64,000 nucleotides of DNA, from contig JAITFY010000126.1 in the NCBI GenBank assembly GCA_031281025.1, forward strand, positions 856 to 64,855, read 5' to 3'. The DNA comes from Treponema sp. (GTDB lineage: Bacteria; Spirochaetota; Spirochaetia; Treponematales; Breznakiellaceae). A program made the position numbers and the translations under genes. The notes under the pieces were generated by a model, which saw only the letters and a program-made list of their open reading frames with translations, was not told the origin of the DNA and ran no database searches. Positions 29,357 to 39,045 of this stretch are shown piece by piece. Numbering within the stretch: position 1 is the stretch's first letter; every line of letters begins with the position of its first letter.

Positions 29357-30925
29357 ATGGAAAAACAAATTGCAGAAAAACAAAAATCTGTTTGTTCAAA
29401 GGATTTTACTCCAAGGGAAATTGTTGGGGAGCTGGATAAATACATTGTAGGTCAGAAAAAGGCAAAAAGGGCTGTTGCTGTAGCGCTGCGTAACAGAATC
29501 AGAAGGTTAAAACTTGATCCAGAGCTGCGTGAAGATATTGCGCCAAAAAATATTCTTATGATAGGGCCAACTGGTGTTGGAAAAACAGAAATTGCCCGCA
29601 GGCTTGCCAAACTTGCAGGTTCTCCGTTTATAAAAGTAGAAGCTACCAAGTATACCGAAGTTGGATATGTGGGTAGAGATGTAGAATCCATGGTTCGGGA
29701 TTTAATGGCTGCGGGATTTCAGATGGTAAAACAGGAAATGCAGGAAACTGTTACTCAGGAAGCAGAAAAACGCGCCGAAGAAGCTCTTTTGGATTTATTG
29801 CTTCCGCCAAGCCCAAAAAAATCCAAAGAAAAAGGAAAAAATCAGACTCCTATAATCAAACCAATGGGGACTTTCACTATCAACCCGGAAAATTCAAATG
29901 GAAGTATAATTGCAACTACATTACAAATGGGAATTCCATTCATGAAAAATAATGATGGCCAGGTTTTACTGGAAAATGAAAACGAAGAAAACCCTGATAA
30001 TACAGAACCTGCCAATCCCGCAGATGAACAAAAAAGCGATTCATACAAAGCAACCAGAGAAAAATTGCGTATAATGCTTCATGAAGGAAAACTGGAAGAC
30101 AGAACAGTAGAGCTTATGGTAGGCAGCAATCCGCAGTTTCCGGCAGTCGAAATGATGGGGGGTAACTTTGAAGATATCGAAGCAACTCTTTCTGGATTTG
30201 CAGGTTTTTTTGGCGGGGGAAAAAAGAAAAAGGTTGTAACTGTAACAAGAGCAAGAGAAATACTAAAAGCAGAAGAAGCAGATAAATTGGTTGATCGCGA
30301 TAAAGTAAGCGATGAAGCACGTTCTCGTGTAGAAGAAATGGGAATAATATTCATCGACGAAATCGACAAAATTGCCGTGAAAGGGGAGCGGGGCGGCGGC
30401 CCTGATGTTTCGCGCGAAGGCGTCCAACGCGATATTCTTCCGATTGTCGAGGGCGCAACTGTAAATACCAAATGGGGCCCTGTAAATACCGATCATATTT
30501 TGTTCATTGCCGCAGGTGCCTTTAATGTCAGCAAACCTTCCGATCTGATTCCTGAATTGCAGGGGCGTTTTCCTCTTCGTGTGGAATTGGATTCACTTGG
30601 TAAGGATGACTTTCTCCGTATTCTTACGGAGCCAAAAAATGCGCTTATTAAGCAGTACATGGAACTTATTGGTACAGAAAACATAAAATTGGAGTTTACG
30701 CCCGAAGCAATAGAACATTTGGCAGCGCTTGCCGCTGAGGTAAACTCTAAACTGGAAAATATCGGCGCCCGCCGGCTTCATACCATTATGGAAGCATTGC
30801 TGGAAGAATTGTCGTTCGAAGCCTCTGATATAGCGCCGGCAAATGTCAATATTACCATTGATTATGTAAATGAAAAATTAGCGGATATTGTCAAAGATCA
30901 GGATCTTGGACGGTATATTCTTTAG
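29357..30925 (+). CDS. hslU: ATP-dependent protease ATPase HslU
   Basis: GPTGVGKTE, TEVGYVG, FIDEIDK, ELQGR and NIGARRL. Confidence 0.97.
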   Translation: MEKQIAEKQKSVCSKDFTPREIVGELDKYIVGQKKAKRAVAVALRNRIRRLKLDPELREDIAPKNILMIGPTGVGKTEIARRLAKLAGSPFIKVEATKYTEVGYVGRDVESMVRDLMAAGFQMVKQEMQETVTQEAEKRAEEALLDLLLPPSPKKSKEKGKNQTPIIKPMGTFTINPENSNGSIIATTLQMGIPFMKNNDGQVLLENENEENPDNTEPANPADEQKSDSYKATREKLRIMLHEGKLEDRTVELMVGSNPQFPAVEMMGGNFEDIEATLSGFAGFFGGGKKKKVVTVTRAREILKAEEADKLVDRDKVSDEARSRVEEMGIIFIDEIDKIAVKGERGGGPDVSREGVQRDILPIVEGATVNTKWGPVNTDHILFIAAGAFNVSKPSDLIPELQGRFPLRVELDSLGKDDFLRILTEPKNALIKQYMELIGTENIKLEFTPEAIEHLAALAAEVNSKLENIGARRLHTIMEALLEELSFEASDIAPANVNITIDYVNEKLADIVKDQDLGRYIL

Positions 30926-30948
30926 AATTGGTTAAAATTTGCCGAAAT
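30921..30948 (+). promoter_or_regulatory. Possible sigma28 (FliA) promoter for the flgB operon
   Basis: GCCGAAAT at 30941 resembles the GCCGATAA -10. The -35 (TTTAG) is only a partial match. Confidence 0.4.
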
Positions 30949-30971
30949 TTGAGTAGGGAGATAGGGATTTT

Positions 30972-31385
30972 ATGAATACTTTTGCAAGGACAATTGATTT
31001 ATTGCATAGGGCGATGGATACATCTGTAGTTCGCCGGCAGGTTATTGCCAATAATATTTCAAATGCCGATGTGCCTAATTTTAAACGTACAATCGTCAAT
31101 TTTGAAAGCGAACTTAAACGTGCGCTGGATTCGGAAACCCGCCGTCCGGCTTTGGAACTTGAAAGAACCCATGAAGATCATTTTCCCAATTTTAGGGAAA
31201 GAGATTACCGGGATGTGCAGATTCGGCGGGTTTTGGACTATGCAAGCACATATAACAACAACGGCAATAATGTCGATCCGGAACAGGAATTCATGCTTGC
31301 AACGCAAAATCAAATGGCGTATACACTCTTTGCGCAGGCGGCGGCATTTGAGTTCAGTCAGATTAATCAAGTTTTAAGAGGATAG
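30972..31385 (+). CDS. flgB: Flagellar basal-body rod protein FlgB
   Basis: RQVIANNISNADVPNFK and NGNNVD. Confidence 0.95.
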   Translation: MNTFARTIDLLHRAMDTSVVRRQVIANNISNADVPNFKRTIVNFESELKRALDSETRRPALELERTHEDHFPNFRERDYRDVQIRRVLDYASTYNNNGNNVDPEQEFMLATQNQMAYTLFAQAAAFEFSQINQVLRG

Positions 31386-31389
31386 GTAA

Positions 31390-31851
31390 ATGGGTATTTT
31401 TAGTTCGATAAATATAGCGGCAACAGGCCTTAGTGCAAATAGATTGAGGCTTAATGTTATTTCCGACAACATGGCAAACATTAATACTACACGGACGACA
31501 GAAGGCGGTCCTTTTAGGCGCAGCCGGGTTATTATGCGGCCAATGGCAGAAGGGCCGTACTGGCGTTCGCCGTTTCTTCCCAATTCTTTGGATAACGGGA
31601 TTGGCAGGGGAGTACGTGTTGTAGAAGTACAAAAAGATCGTTCAACAGAACCGCGTTTTGTTTTTGATCCGACACATCCTGATGCAATTCTTACAGGACC
31701 AAGGGAAGGTTATGTAGAAATGCCAAATGTTGATGTTGTTACCGAAATGGTAGATATGATTTCCGCATCACGCTCTTATGAAGCAAATGCGGCAATAATC
31801 GAAGGATCTAAAGCCATGTTCCAACGAGCATTGGATATCGGCTCAAGATAA
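31390..31851 (+). CDS. flgC: Flagellar basal-body rod protein FlgC
   Basis: NMANINTTRT, DPTHPDA and MPNVDVVTEMVDMISASRSYEAN. Confidence 0.97.
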   Translation: MGIFSSINIAATGLSANRLRLNVISDNMANINTTRTTEGGPFRRSRVIMRPMAEGPYWRSPFLPNSLDNGIGRGVRVVEVQKDRSTEPRFVFDPTHPDAILTGPREGYVEMPNVDVVTEMVDMISASRSYEANAAIIEGSKAMFQRALDIGSR

Positions 31852-31880
31852 AAGTTAATTGAAATTAGGGGGGGGAGTTT

Positions 31881-32276
31881 ATGACAATTTTTAATAACGA
31901 TGCTTTTATTGGTGCGGCTGCTGCGAGAAATTATTCTACAATAATGAGTGTTACGCATCCGGATCATATGATGCCGCCGGATAGTCCGTTTTCTGGAAGC
32001 GGGAATAATATTCTTGCTCTTAGAAATGCAGTTGGAGCGCAAAATGTGACAATGGCAGGAACTTTTGAAGATGCAATGCTGCAGGCCCTTGATAAAGTTT
32101 CCGGTGCGCAGTTAAAAGCAAGCGACTTGCAAAAAGAAGCAATCATCAATCCAGGCTCAGTTGACATTCACGATATTACAATTGCCCAGGCCGAAGCAAG
32201 CATGGCGCTTGGTATTACGCGTAACATTTTGAGCAGATTGGTTCAGGGTTGGAGAGATTTAATAAATACAAGATAG
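31881..32276 (+). CDS. fliE: Hook-basal body protein FliE
   Basis: DIHDITIAQAEASMAL...RLVQGW. Position after flgC. Confidence 0.9.
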   Translation: MTIFNNDAFIGAAAARNYSTIMSVTHPDHMMPPDSPFSGSGNNILALRNAVGAQNVTMAGTFEDAMLQALDKVSGAQLKASDLQKEAIINPGSVDIHDITIAQAEASMALGITRNILSRLVQGWRDLINTR

Positions 32277-32306
32277 AATTAAACATAATTTGGGGGAGGG
32301 GAACAA

Positions 32307-34013
32307 ATGAATGAGTTCTTAAAAAAGGTTTTTACAAAAGCTGGTGCTTTGTGGGCAGGGTGGTCAAATCAAAAGCGGCTAATATTTATGGCAAGCTGCG
32401 TTGTTGTACTCGTAGTAATCGTCGCGCTTTTCAGGGTTTCATCAACGCCTGTATTGTCGCCTGTACTTAGCAGGGCAATTACAGATGAAGCATTACTTAA
32501 CAGAATTGTACTGCGTATTAATCAGGAAGATGTAAAAGTAACTGTAGGCAGTGATAATATTGTACGTGTTCAGGATGAAGCAACCGCACGGCGAATAAGA
32601 ACAATTCTTATAGCTGAGAGTTTACTTCCTATGGGAATTGATCCATGGGAAGTATTTGACAGGGAAAGATGGACTCTTACCGATATGGAGCGTAATGTCA
32701 ATTTTCAACGTGCGCAGGATATATTAATCGCTGATCATATCAGGGCTATTCATGGTGTTGACAATGTTCAGTTAAGAGTTGAAAGGCCGCCAAGGGAGCT
32801 TTTTCTTTCGGCTCAAAATCCGGTCAGTGCAAGCGTAACTATTTTTCCATCACCAGGCAGTGATATTACTCAAAACAGACGGCAGATCGAAGGTATTCAA
32901 AGAATCATTCAACTGGCAGTTGCAGGTTTGCATGCAGATAACATTACGATAACGGATCATACAGGTCTAATTCTAAACGATTTTGAAGGTATGGCCGCTT
33001 TTGACAGGCTTACGCTTATTGAACAAGAACGCAGATTAATAAGGCGCGAAGAAGCCCATTTAAGGGCGCTTGCGCTTTCTGCTCTTCAGATGATATATTC
33101 CCCTGATCGTGTAAGGGATCTAAATGTCAGGATCGAAATGGATTTATCCAAAATGACTATCAATACAGATGAAAATCTTCCTTTTGTAATGAGGCCAAGA
33201 GACCCTGAGCTTCCATACGACGACTCTATTTTGCTTGAATCGGTTACCAGAAGCAGAACGGTTTCATCAACAACATTCAGAGGAACCGGCTTTAACCCAG
33301 AAGGGCCTGCCGGTGTGGAAGGCCATGTACCTCCGGCTTTTAGGGATTTGCCTAACCTCTGGGGAGAAATGGACCAGCAAACCAGTACAGAAAACCTTGC
33401 AATAAACAACCGTCAAATACATGAAGAAAGAAGCCCATCAATTGGCCGTGTATCGGTTTCTGTTAATGTTGACGGTGTTTGGAGAATTAAACATGATGCG
33501 AAAGGGAATCCTGTTGTTACGCCTGATGGAAGTATTGAAAGGGAATACTCAGAGGTCTCTCCAGAAGAATTACGAAATATAGAGAGTATAATTCAGGGTG
33601 CAGTAGGTTATAATTCTGCAAGAGGGGATACTGTTGTTGTCCGTAATATAAGAATAGATCGTACTGCAGAATTCAAAGAAGAAGATGCGGCATATTTCAG
33701 GCAAAAACAGATGCAAACTATAATAATTATTTTAATTTCGGGTTTGACATTACTGTTATTTGGATTTATGCTGTTTAGAATGATATCCCGCGAAATGGAA
33801 AGGCGTAAGAGGATTGCCGAAGAAGAACGGGCACGGCGGGAACAGATGATGCGTGAAAGCGCAATGGTAGATGCGGAAAGTGATGGAACGGAAGTTTCAA
33901 TTTCTTACGAAGAACGCACAAGGATGGAGTTGATGGAGAATGCCATCAACATGGCAAAAGAACATCCAGATGATGCTGCTCAGCTCATCAGGACATGGCT
34001 TTTGGAGGAATAA
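32307..34013 (+). CDS. fliF: MS-ring protein FliF
   Basis: Two TM segments, SASVTI, NITITD, RVSVSVNVDG and GYNSARGDTV. Confidence 0.95.
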   Translation: MNEFLKKVFTKAGALWAGWSNQKRLIFMASCVVVLVVIVALFRVSSTPVLSPVLSRAITDEALLNRIVLRINQEDVKVTVGSDNIVRVQDEATARRIRTILIAESLLPMGIDPWEVFDRERWTLTDMERNVNFQRAQDILIADHIRAIHGVDNVQLRVERPPRELFLSAQNPVSASVTIFPSPGSDITQNRRQIEGIQRIIQLAVAGLHADNITITDHTGLILNDFEGMAAFDRLTLIEQERRLIRREEAHLRALALSALQMIYSPDRVRDLNVRIEMDLSKMTINTDENLPFVMRPRDPELPYDDSILLESVTRSRTVSSTTFRGTGFNPEGPAGVEGHVPPAFRDLPNLWGEMDQQTSTENLAINNRQIHEERSPSIGRVSVSVNVDGVWRIKHDAKGNPVVTPDGSIEREYSEVSPEELRNIESIIQGAVGYNSARGDTVVVRNIRIDRTAEFKEEDAAYFRQKQMQTIIIILISGLTLLLFGFMLFRMISREMERRKRIAEEERARREQMMRESAMVDAESDGTEVSISYEERTRMELMENAINMAKEHPDDAAQLIRTWLLEE

Positions 34014-34016
34014 AAA

Positions 34017-35072
34017 ATGGCAAAAGGATTAATACCCAGTACCGTTGGCGGTACTTCAAAGAAAAAAGGTTCAAAGGAATTTACCGGCCGTCAAAAAGCT
34101 GCTATCTTTCTGGTAACAATCGGCTCGGAAATTTCCGCGGAAATATTCAAATTCTTGCGTGAAGATGAAATAGAAACACTCACCTTTGAGATTGCCAGGC
34201 TCGAGACAATCGATGCCGAGCAGAAAGATGCAATTTTACAGGAATTCCAGGAACTGATGATGGCAAATCAGTTTATCTCAACAGGCGGTATCGATTATGC
34301 AAGGGAACTTTTGGAAAAATCATTGGGAAGCCAAAAAGCAATCGATATAATCAATCGTTTAACATCAAGTCTTCAGGTGCGTCCTTTTGACTTTATCCGC
34401 CGAACGGATCCTGCGCATCTTTTAAACTTTATCCAGCAGGAACATCCGCAGACAATCGCATTAATTCTGGCATACCTTGAGCCTAATAAAGCATCATTTA
34501 TTCTGCAAAATATGCCGCAGGAAATTCAAAGCGATGTTGCGCGCCGTATTGCCACGATGGACAGAACAAGTCCCGAAGTTTTACGCGAAGTAGAACGCGT
34601 ACTGGAAAAAAAATTGTCATCTTTGTCCAGCGAAGATTACACTGCGGCAGGCGGTGTAGAAAGTATCGTAGAAATTCTCAACCTGGTAGATCGTGCATCA
34701 GAAAAGCAGATTATCGAAGCGCTTGAAGATGAAGATCCGGAACTTGCAGAAGAAATCAAAAAAAGAATGTTCGTATTCGAAGACATTGTCATGCTCGACG
34801 ACAAAGCCATTCAAAAAGTTATGCGCGAAGTGGACTCACAAGAACTTGCAAAAGCTTTAAAATCGGTTGACTCGGAAGTACAAGACAAAATCTTCAAGAA
34901 TATGAGTAAACGTGCTGCAAGTATGCTCAAGGAAGATATGGAGTATATGGGCCCTGTACGTTTAGAGGATGTCGAAGAGGCGCAGCAAAAAATTGTGTCT
35001 ATTATACGCCATCTGGAGGATACAGGCGAAATCGTCGTTGCCCGTGCCGGCGAAGACGAATTGGTTGTATAA
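34017..35072 (+). CDS. fliG: Flagellar motor switch protein FliG
   Basis: QKAAIFL, GGIDYA, EHPQTIA, MFVFEDI and GPVRL. Confidence 0.97.
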   Translation: MAKGLIPSTVGGTSKKKGSKEFTGRQKAAIFLVTIGSEISAEIFKFLREDEIETLTFEIARLETIDAEQKDAILQEFQELMMANQFISTGGIDYARELLEKSLGSQKAIDIINRLTSSLQVRPFDFIRRTDPAHLLNFIQQEHPQTIALILAYLEPNKASFILQNMPQEIQSDVARRIATMDRTSPEVLREVERVLEKKLSSLSSEDYTAAGGVESIVEILNLVDRASEKQIIEALEDEDPELAEEIKKRMFVFEDIVMLDDKAIQKVMREVDSQELAKALKSVDSEVQDKIFKNMSKRAASMLKEDMEYMGPVRLEDVEEAQQKIVSIIRHLEDTGEIVVARAGEDELVV

Positions 35073-35081
35073 GGATAACTT

Positions 35082-36287
35082 ATGTTAAAAGCAGTTTTTA
35101 GACCAAGCGAATTGGTGGCGCTTACTGACAAAATAGTGATTGATTCTCCAACCTCTTTTTCGGATCTTGCGACAATCGAAGAAATTAAAGAAGATGTTAT
35201 CGACATTGATGAATACAAAGGCCCTACTGCTGATGATCTTCGCCGTGAAGCAGAATATTTTAAAGCAAGTTGGGAAGAAGAAAAAGAAAGAATGTTTGAA
35301 TCAGCAAGAGCTGAGTCTGAAAGAATTATTCAGGATGCGCAAAATGCTGCTTTTACAGAAGTTAAAAGACAATCTGATGAAGCTCAAATAATAAAACAGC
35401 AGGCAATCGAAGATGCAGAACGTATTGTTGCAGACAGCCATACAAAAGCCAGAGAAATCGAAAATGAAATACGGCAGTCAATCGAAAGCGAACGTAAAAC
35501 AGCATACGAAAAAGGAAAAGAAGAAGGAAGAGAGATTGGATTTTCCGAAGGAAAAGCAGAAGTTGACCGTCTTATAACAAGAACCCAAATTGTACTTGAA
35601 CGGGCACAGGATAAAAGAGGGGAAATTCTAAATGAAACAGAACAACAGATAATCGATCTTGTTCTTTTAATTGCCCGTAAAGTAATCAAGGTTATTTCTG
35701 AAAATCAGCGCAGTGTTATAATTGATAATGTGATTGAAGCGCTGCGTAAAGTAAAATCCAAAGGAGACATAATAATCAGGGTAAATCTTGTAGATTTACA
35801 GCTTGCTACAGAACATAAACAGGATTTTATTCGTCTTGTAGAAAATGCAAAATCAATTCAAATAATCGAAGACAGTACAGTAGATCTGGGCGGCTGCATT
35901 ATCGAAACGGATTTTGGCCAGATAGATGCGCGTATAATAAGCCAGCTTGCAGAATTGGAAAATAAAATACTGGAAGTTTCTCCGATTAAATCAATTACGA
36001 ATGAGACGCCTGTCCCTGTAGTAAATGATGTTAATGTTAAACAAGTGTTATCTGCAACATCAACAATGTTGAATCTGAACAGGAAAAAACCTGAGCAGGA
36101 AAAAATTTTGGATAACGATTTTAGTAAAGATGATGACGATTTATCACAGGGTATCAATGTGGCGCTTACTGCATCAGCAGCATTGGCAGGTCTTGCTACA
36201 ATGGCGCAAAAAGGAAAAAGAGATGCTGATAAAAAAATTGCAGAAAAATTGGAAAATTTAAGTAACGTGACAAAAAAAATGGACTGA
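35082..36287 (+). CDS. fliH: Flagellar assembly protein FliH with a C-terminal extension
   Basis: GxxxG repeats (GKEEGREIGFSEG) and GGCIIETDFGQIDARI. Confidence 0.92.
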   Translation: MLKAVFRPSELVALTDKIVIDSPTSFSDLATIEEIKEDVIDIDEYKGPTADDLRREAEYFKASWEEEKERMFESARAESERIIQDAQNAAFTEVKRQSDEAQIIKQQAIEDAERIVADSHTKAREIENEIRQSIESERKTAYEKGKEEGREIGFSEGKAEVDRLITRTQIVLERAQDKRGEILNETEQQIIDLVLLIARKVIKVISENQRSVIIDNVIEALRKVKSKGDIIIRVNLVDLQLATEHKQDFIRLVENAKSIQIIEDSTVDLGGCIIETDFGQIDARIISQLAELENKILEVSPIKSITNETPVPVVNDVNVKQVLSATSTMLNLNRKKPEQEKILDNDFSKDDDDLSQGINVALTASAALAGLATMAQKGKRDADKKIAEKLENLSNVTKKMD

Positions 36288-36335
36288 TAAAGCGTTTGTA
36301 CTTAGCAGCGCGCCAGCTTGATGAGGGAGGGCTTC

Positions 36336-37835
36336 ATGCGGCTTGATATATTTGATAAATACATTGAATCCACAGAAAGAACCGATCCAATAAAATGTAT
36401 TGGTACAATAATAAAAGTTCAGGGTTTACTGATAGAAAGCCACGGCCCGCAGGCAATTATCGGTGAAATTTGCAGGATTATATGTCCAAAAGGAAAAGGA
36501 GAGATAAGAGCCGAAGTAGTTGGTTTATACGGCGAAATCGTACAATTGATGCCTTTTGATGAAACAGACGGTATCGAAATCGGCGACAGGGTTATAGCCC
36601 TTGGCAGCCGGCTTGAGGTGCCGGTATCAGAAAAGCTGCTTGGAAGGGTTCTTGACGCTTTGGGTAATCCAATCGATGGCAAGGGATCGGTTGCCTGTGC
36701 ATGTTTGTATCCGGCTTTAACAAGCCCGCCCGACCCGCTTCAAAGAAAGCTCATTACAGAGCGAATAACAACGGGCGTACGTGCCATAGACGGACTTTTA
36801 GCGGTGGGGAAAGGCCAGCGATTGGGAATATTCGCAGGAGCAGGGGTTGGTAAATCCACGCTCCTTGGGATGATTGCGCGTAACACAAGCGCCGATGTTA
36901 ATGTGGTTGCCCTTATTGGAGAGCGTGGACGTGAAGTAAACGACTTTATCGAAAATGTTCTGGGGCCAAAAGGTATGGAGCGAAGTGTAGTAGTAGCAAC
37001 GCCATCCAATTCGCCGCCGCTAGCACGTCTTCGCGGAGCTTATGTGGCAACTGCCATTGCCGAGTTTTTCCGTGATCAGGGCAAAGACGTAATGTTGTTT
37101 TTTGACTCTGTTACACGTTTTGCCCGCGCCATGAGGGAAATTGGCCTTGCTTCAGGAGAACCTGCCGCGCAAAAGGGTTTTCCGCCAAGTATGTTTGATT
37201 CAATGCCCAAGCTCCTTGAAAGATCAGGTACTTCCGATAAGGGCAGTATCACAGGTTTTTACACAGTCCTTGTGGATGGCGATGATATGGATGAACCTGT
37301 TACCGATACGGTTAGGGGTATTCTGGACGGTCACATTGTACTATCGCGGCAATTACAGCATGCCAATCATTACCCCCCAATTGATGTGCTTCATAGTATT
37401 TCCCGTCTTGCACCCTATGTTTCCGGCCCAACAAGCCGCGAAGCTTCAGGTATTATTCGAAAATATATGGCGGATTATGCACGAGTGGAAGACTTTATTA
37501 ATGCGGGCGCTTATCGTTCAGGTTCAAATCCTTCTGTTGATGTTGCTATAACAAAACATGAACCAATAGAAGACTTCCTGATACAGGCAGTAGATGAGCC
37601 GTCTTGCCTTGAAGAAACTTTAAGTTTAATGTCAGAACTGACAGATGTTGAAATTCCTGATGAAGAGATGATCGATAAAAATGCGAAAATTCCATTTGTT
37701 TCGAGCCGTAGAGTTAAGGAAAAACCTCAAGAGCAAGAAGATCCATTTAACCTTGAAGATACTGCCATGGCGCTTAATAGTGTAGCTTCCCTTTTTTCTT
37801 CTTTGCCGGGGATGAATATTCTTGAAGAAGTTTAA
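36336..37835 (+). CDS. fliI: Flagellar export ATPase FliI
   Basis: GAGVGKST, IGERGREV, DSVTRFA and LDGHIVLSR. ATG 36336 follows SD GGGAGG. Confidence 0.96.
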   Translation: MRLDIFDKYIESTERTDPIKCIGTIIKVQGLLIESHGPQAIIGEICRIICPKGKGEIRAEVVGLYGEIVQLMPFDETDGIEIGDRVIALGSRLEVPVSEKLLGRVLDALGNPIDGKGSVACACLYPALTSPPDPLQRKLITERITTGVRAIDGLLAVGKGQRLGIFAGAGVGKSTLLGMIARNTSADVNVVALIGERGREVNDFIENVLGPKGMERSVVVATPSNSPPLARLRGAYVATAIAEFFRDQGKDVMLFFDSVTRFARAMREIGLASGEPAAQKGFPPSMFDSMPKLLERSGTSDKGSITGFYTVLVDGDDMDEPVTDTVRGILDGHIVLSRQLQHANHYPPIDVLHSISRLAPYVSGPTSREASGIIRKYMADYARVEDFINAGAYRSGSNPSVDVAITKHEPIEDFLIQAVDEPSCLEETLSLMSELTDVEIPDEEMIDKNAKIPFVSSRRVKEKPQEQEDPFNLEDTAMALNSVASLFSSLPGMNILEEV

Positions 37836-38244
37836 ATTTAACCTGGAAAAAATCCTTGAATTAAAAAAATTCTATGAAGAAGAAGCCAAAATGGCTTTGG
37901 GTGCTGCTATTACAATTCTTAATGAAATTGAAAATAATATAAAGGATACTGCCAGAAAACAACATCTGGCTGCCAGCGAGCGTTTTAAGGATCCTGCTCA
38001 AATGATAATGTGGAATAATTACATAGAAAGACTGGAACAGGAAACAGAAAAACTGATGGAGCAGGCAGCCCAAGCAGAAATAGTTGTCGAAGAAAAAAGA
38101 ACGTTATATATGGAAACCTTTAAAGATCTAAAGGCAATGGAAAAACTAAAAGAGAAAAAAGAAGAAGAATACAAAAAAGAAATGGATACTAAAGAAAGCT
38201 ACGAACTTGATGAAATTTTTGCTTCCAGGCAATTCCACTCATAA
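37822..38244 (+). CDS. fliJ: Flagellar export protein FliJ
   Basis: MKKFKFNLEKILELK, a coiled coil and ELDE. Follows fliI. Confidence 0.9.
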   Translation: MKKFKFNLEKILELKKFYEEEAKMALGAAITILNEIENNIKDTARKQHLAASERFKDPAQMIMWNNYIERLEQETEKLMEQAAQAEIVVEEKRTLYMETFKDLKAMEKLKEKKEEEYKKEMDTKESYELDEIFASRQFHS

Positions 38245-38997
38245 TGATTTTCTTGCAATAGACCAGTATGCCATAGAAAGCGCCGCTCCTCCAAATATAT
38301 TACCCGTAGTTGTCGCTGCCAAATTAATGAGTATTCTGCCAAAGGTAAATGAATCAACGCCAGCCATTGTTTCCATGCTAAAAAGAGTCATATTGGCTAT
38401 TGAGTGTTCAAACCCGCAAACGACAAATAAATATATACACCAAAAGATCATGACTAGTTTGCTGCCTTCGCTTTGCAGCCTGAACATACACCAAACCGCA
38501 GCGCAAACAAGCATATTACAAAGAATACCGCGGACAAAAAGTTCTAAAAAGTACGGATTTGTTTTAGTGTACATGGCAGCATGAGCTGCTTCTAACACAG
38601 GGCCCTGCAGATAACCTGTTCCCAAAAAAAGCGCTGCAATGAGTATGGAACCGGCCAGGTTGCCTAAATAGCAGAATACACAGAGTTTAACCCCATCAAA
38701 GGGTTTTATGGTTTTTTGTAATCCCCCTGCTATCATAACAAAAACATTACCGGTAAAAAGTTCCGCTCCCCCAAAAACAACAAGACTTAAAGCTGCCGCA
38801 AAACTAACACCCTGCAAAATCTTTATACCGGCAAAATTATCAAACGCTCCTGCCATAACAAGAATTGTTACCATGCAAAGCCCTACATATATTCCAGCCA
38901 TCATGGAAGAAATAAAATACGCGATTTTTTCATTTTTATAAAAATTGATTTTTTTCTGTGCTACAATTCCTACAACTTTGTATTCTTCACTAATCAT
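38239..38997 (-). CDS. Formate/nitrite transporter (FNT) family channel
   Basis: GAELFTGN, GNLAG, GILCNMLVC, GFEHSIANM and GNIFGG. Confidence 0.93.
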   Translation of the reverse strand: MISEEYKVVGIVAQKKINFYKNEKIAYFISSMMAGIYVGLCMVTILVMAGAFDNFAGIKILQGVSFAAALSLVVFGGAELFTGNVFVMIAGGLQKTIKPFDGVKLCVFCYLGNLAGSILIAALFLGTGYLQGPVLEAAHAAMYTKTNPYFLELFVRGILCNMLVCAAVWCMFRLQSEGSKLVMIFWCIYLFVVCGFEHSIANMTLFSMETMAGVDSFTFGRILINLAATTTGNIFGGAALSMAYWSIARKSL

Positions 38998-39045
38998 GCG
39001 TCTCTCCTACAAGACAATATATCTTAAATAAGATAAACTTTAAAT

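Noticed and set aside
37822-38997. Flagellar operon ending at fliJ
   Set aside because: In Treponema the hook and motor genes form a separate operon.
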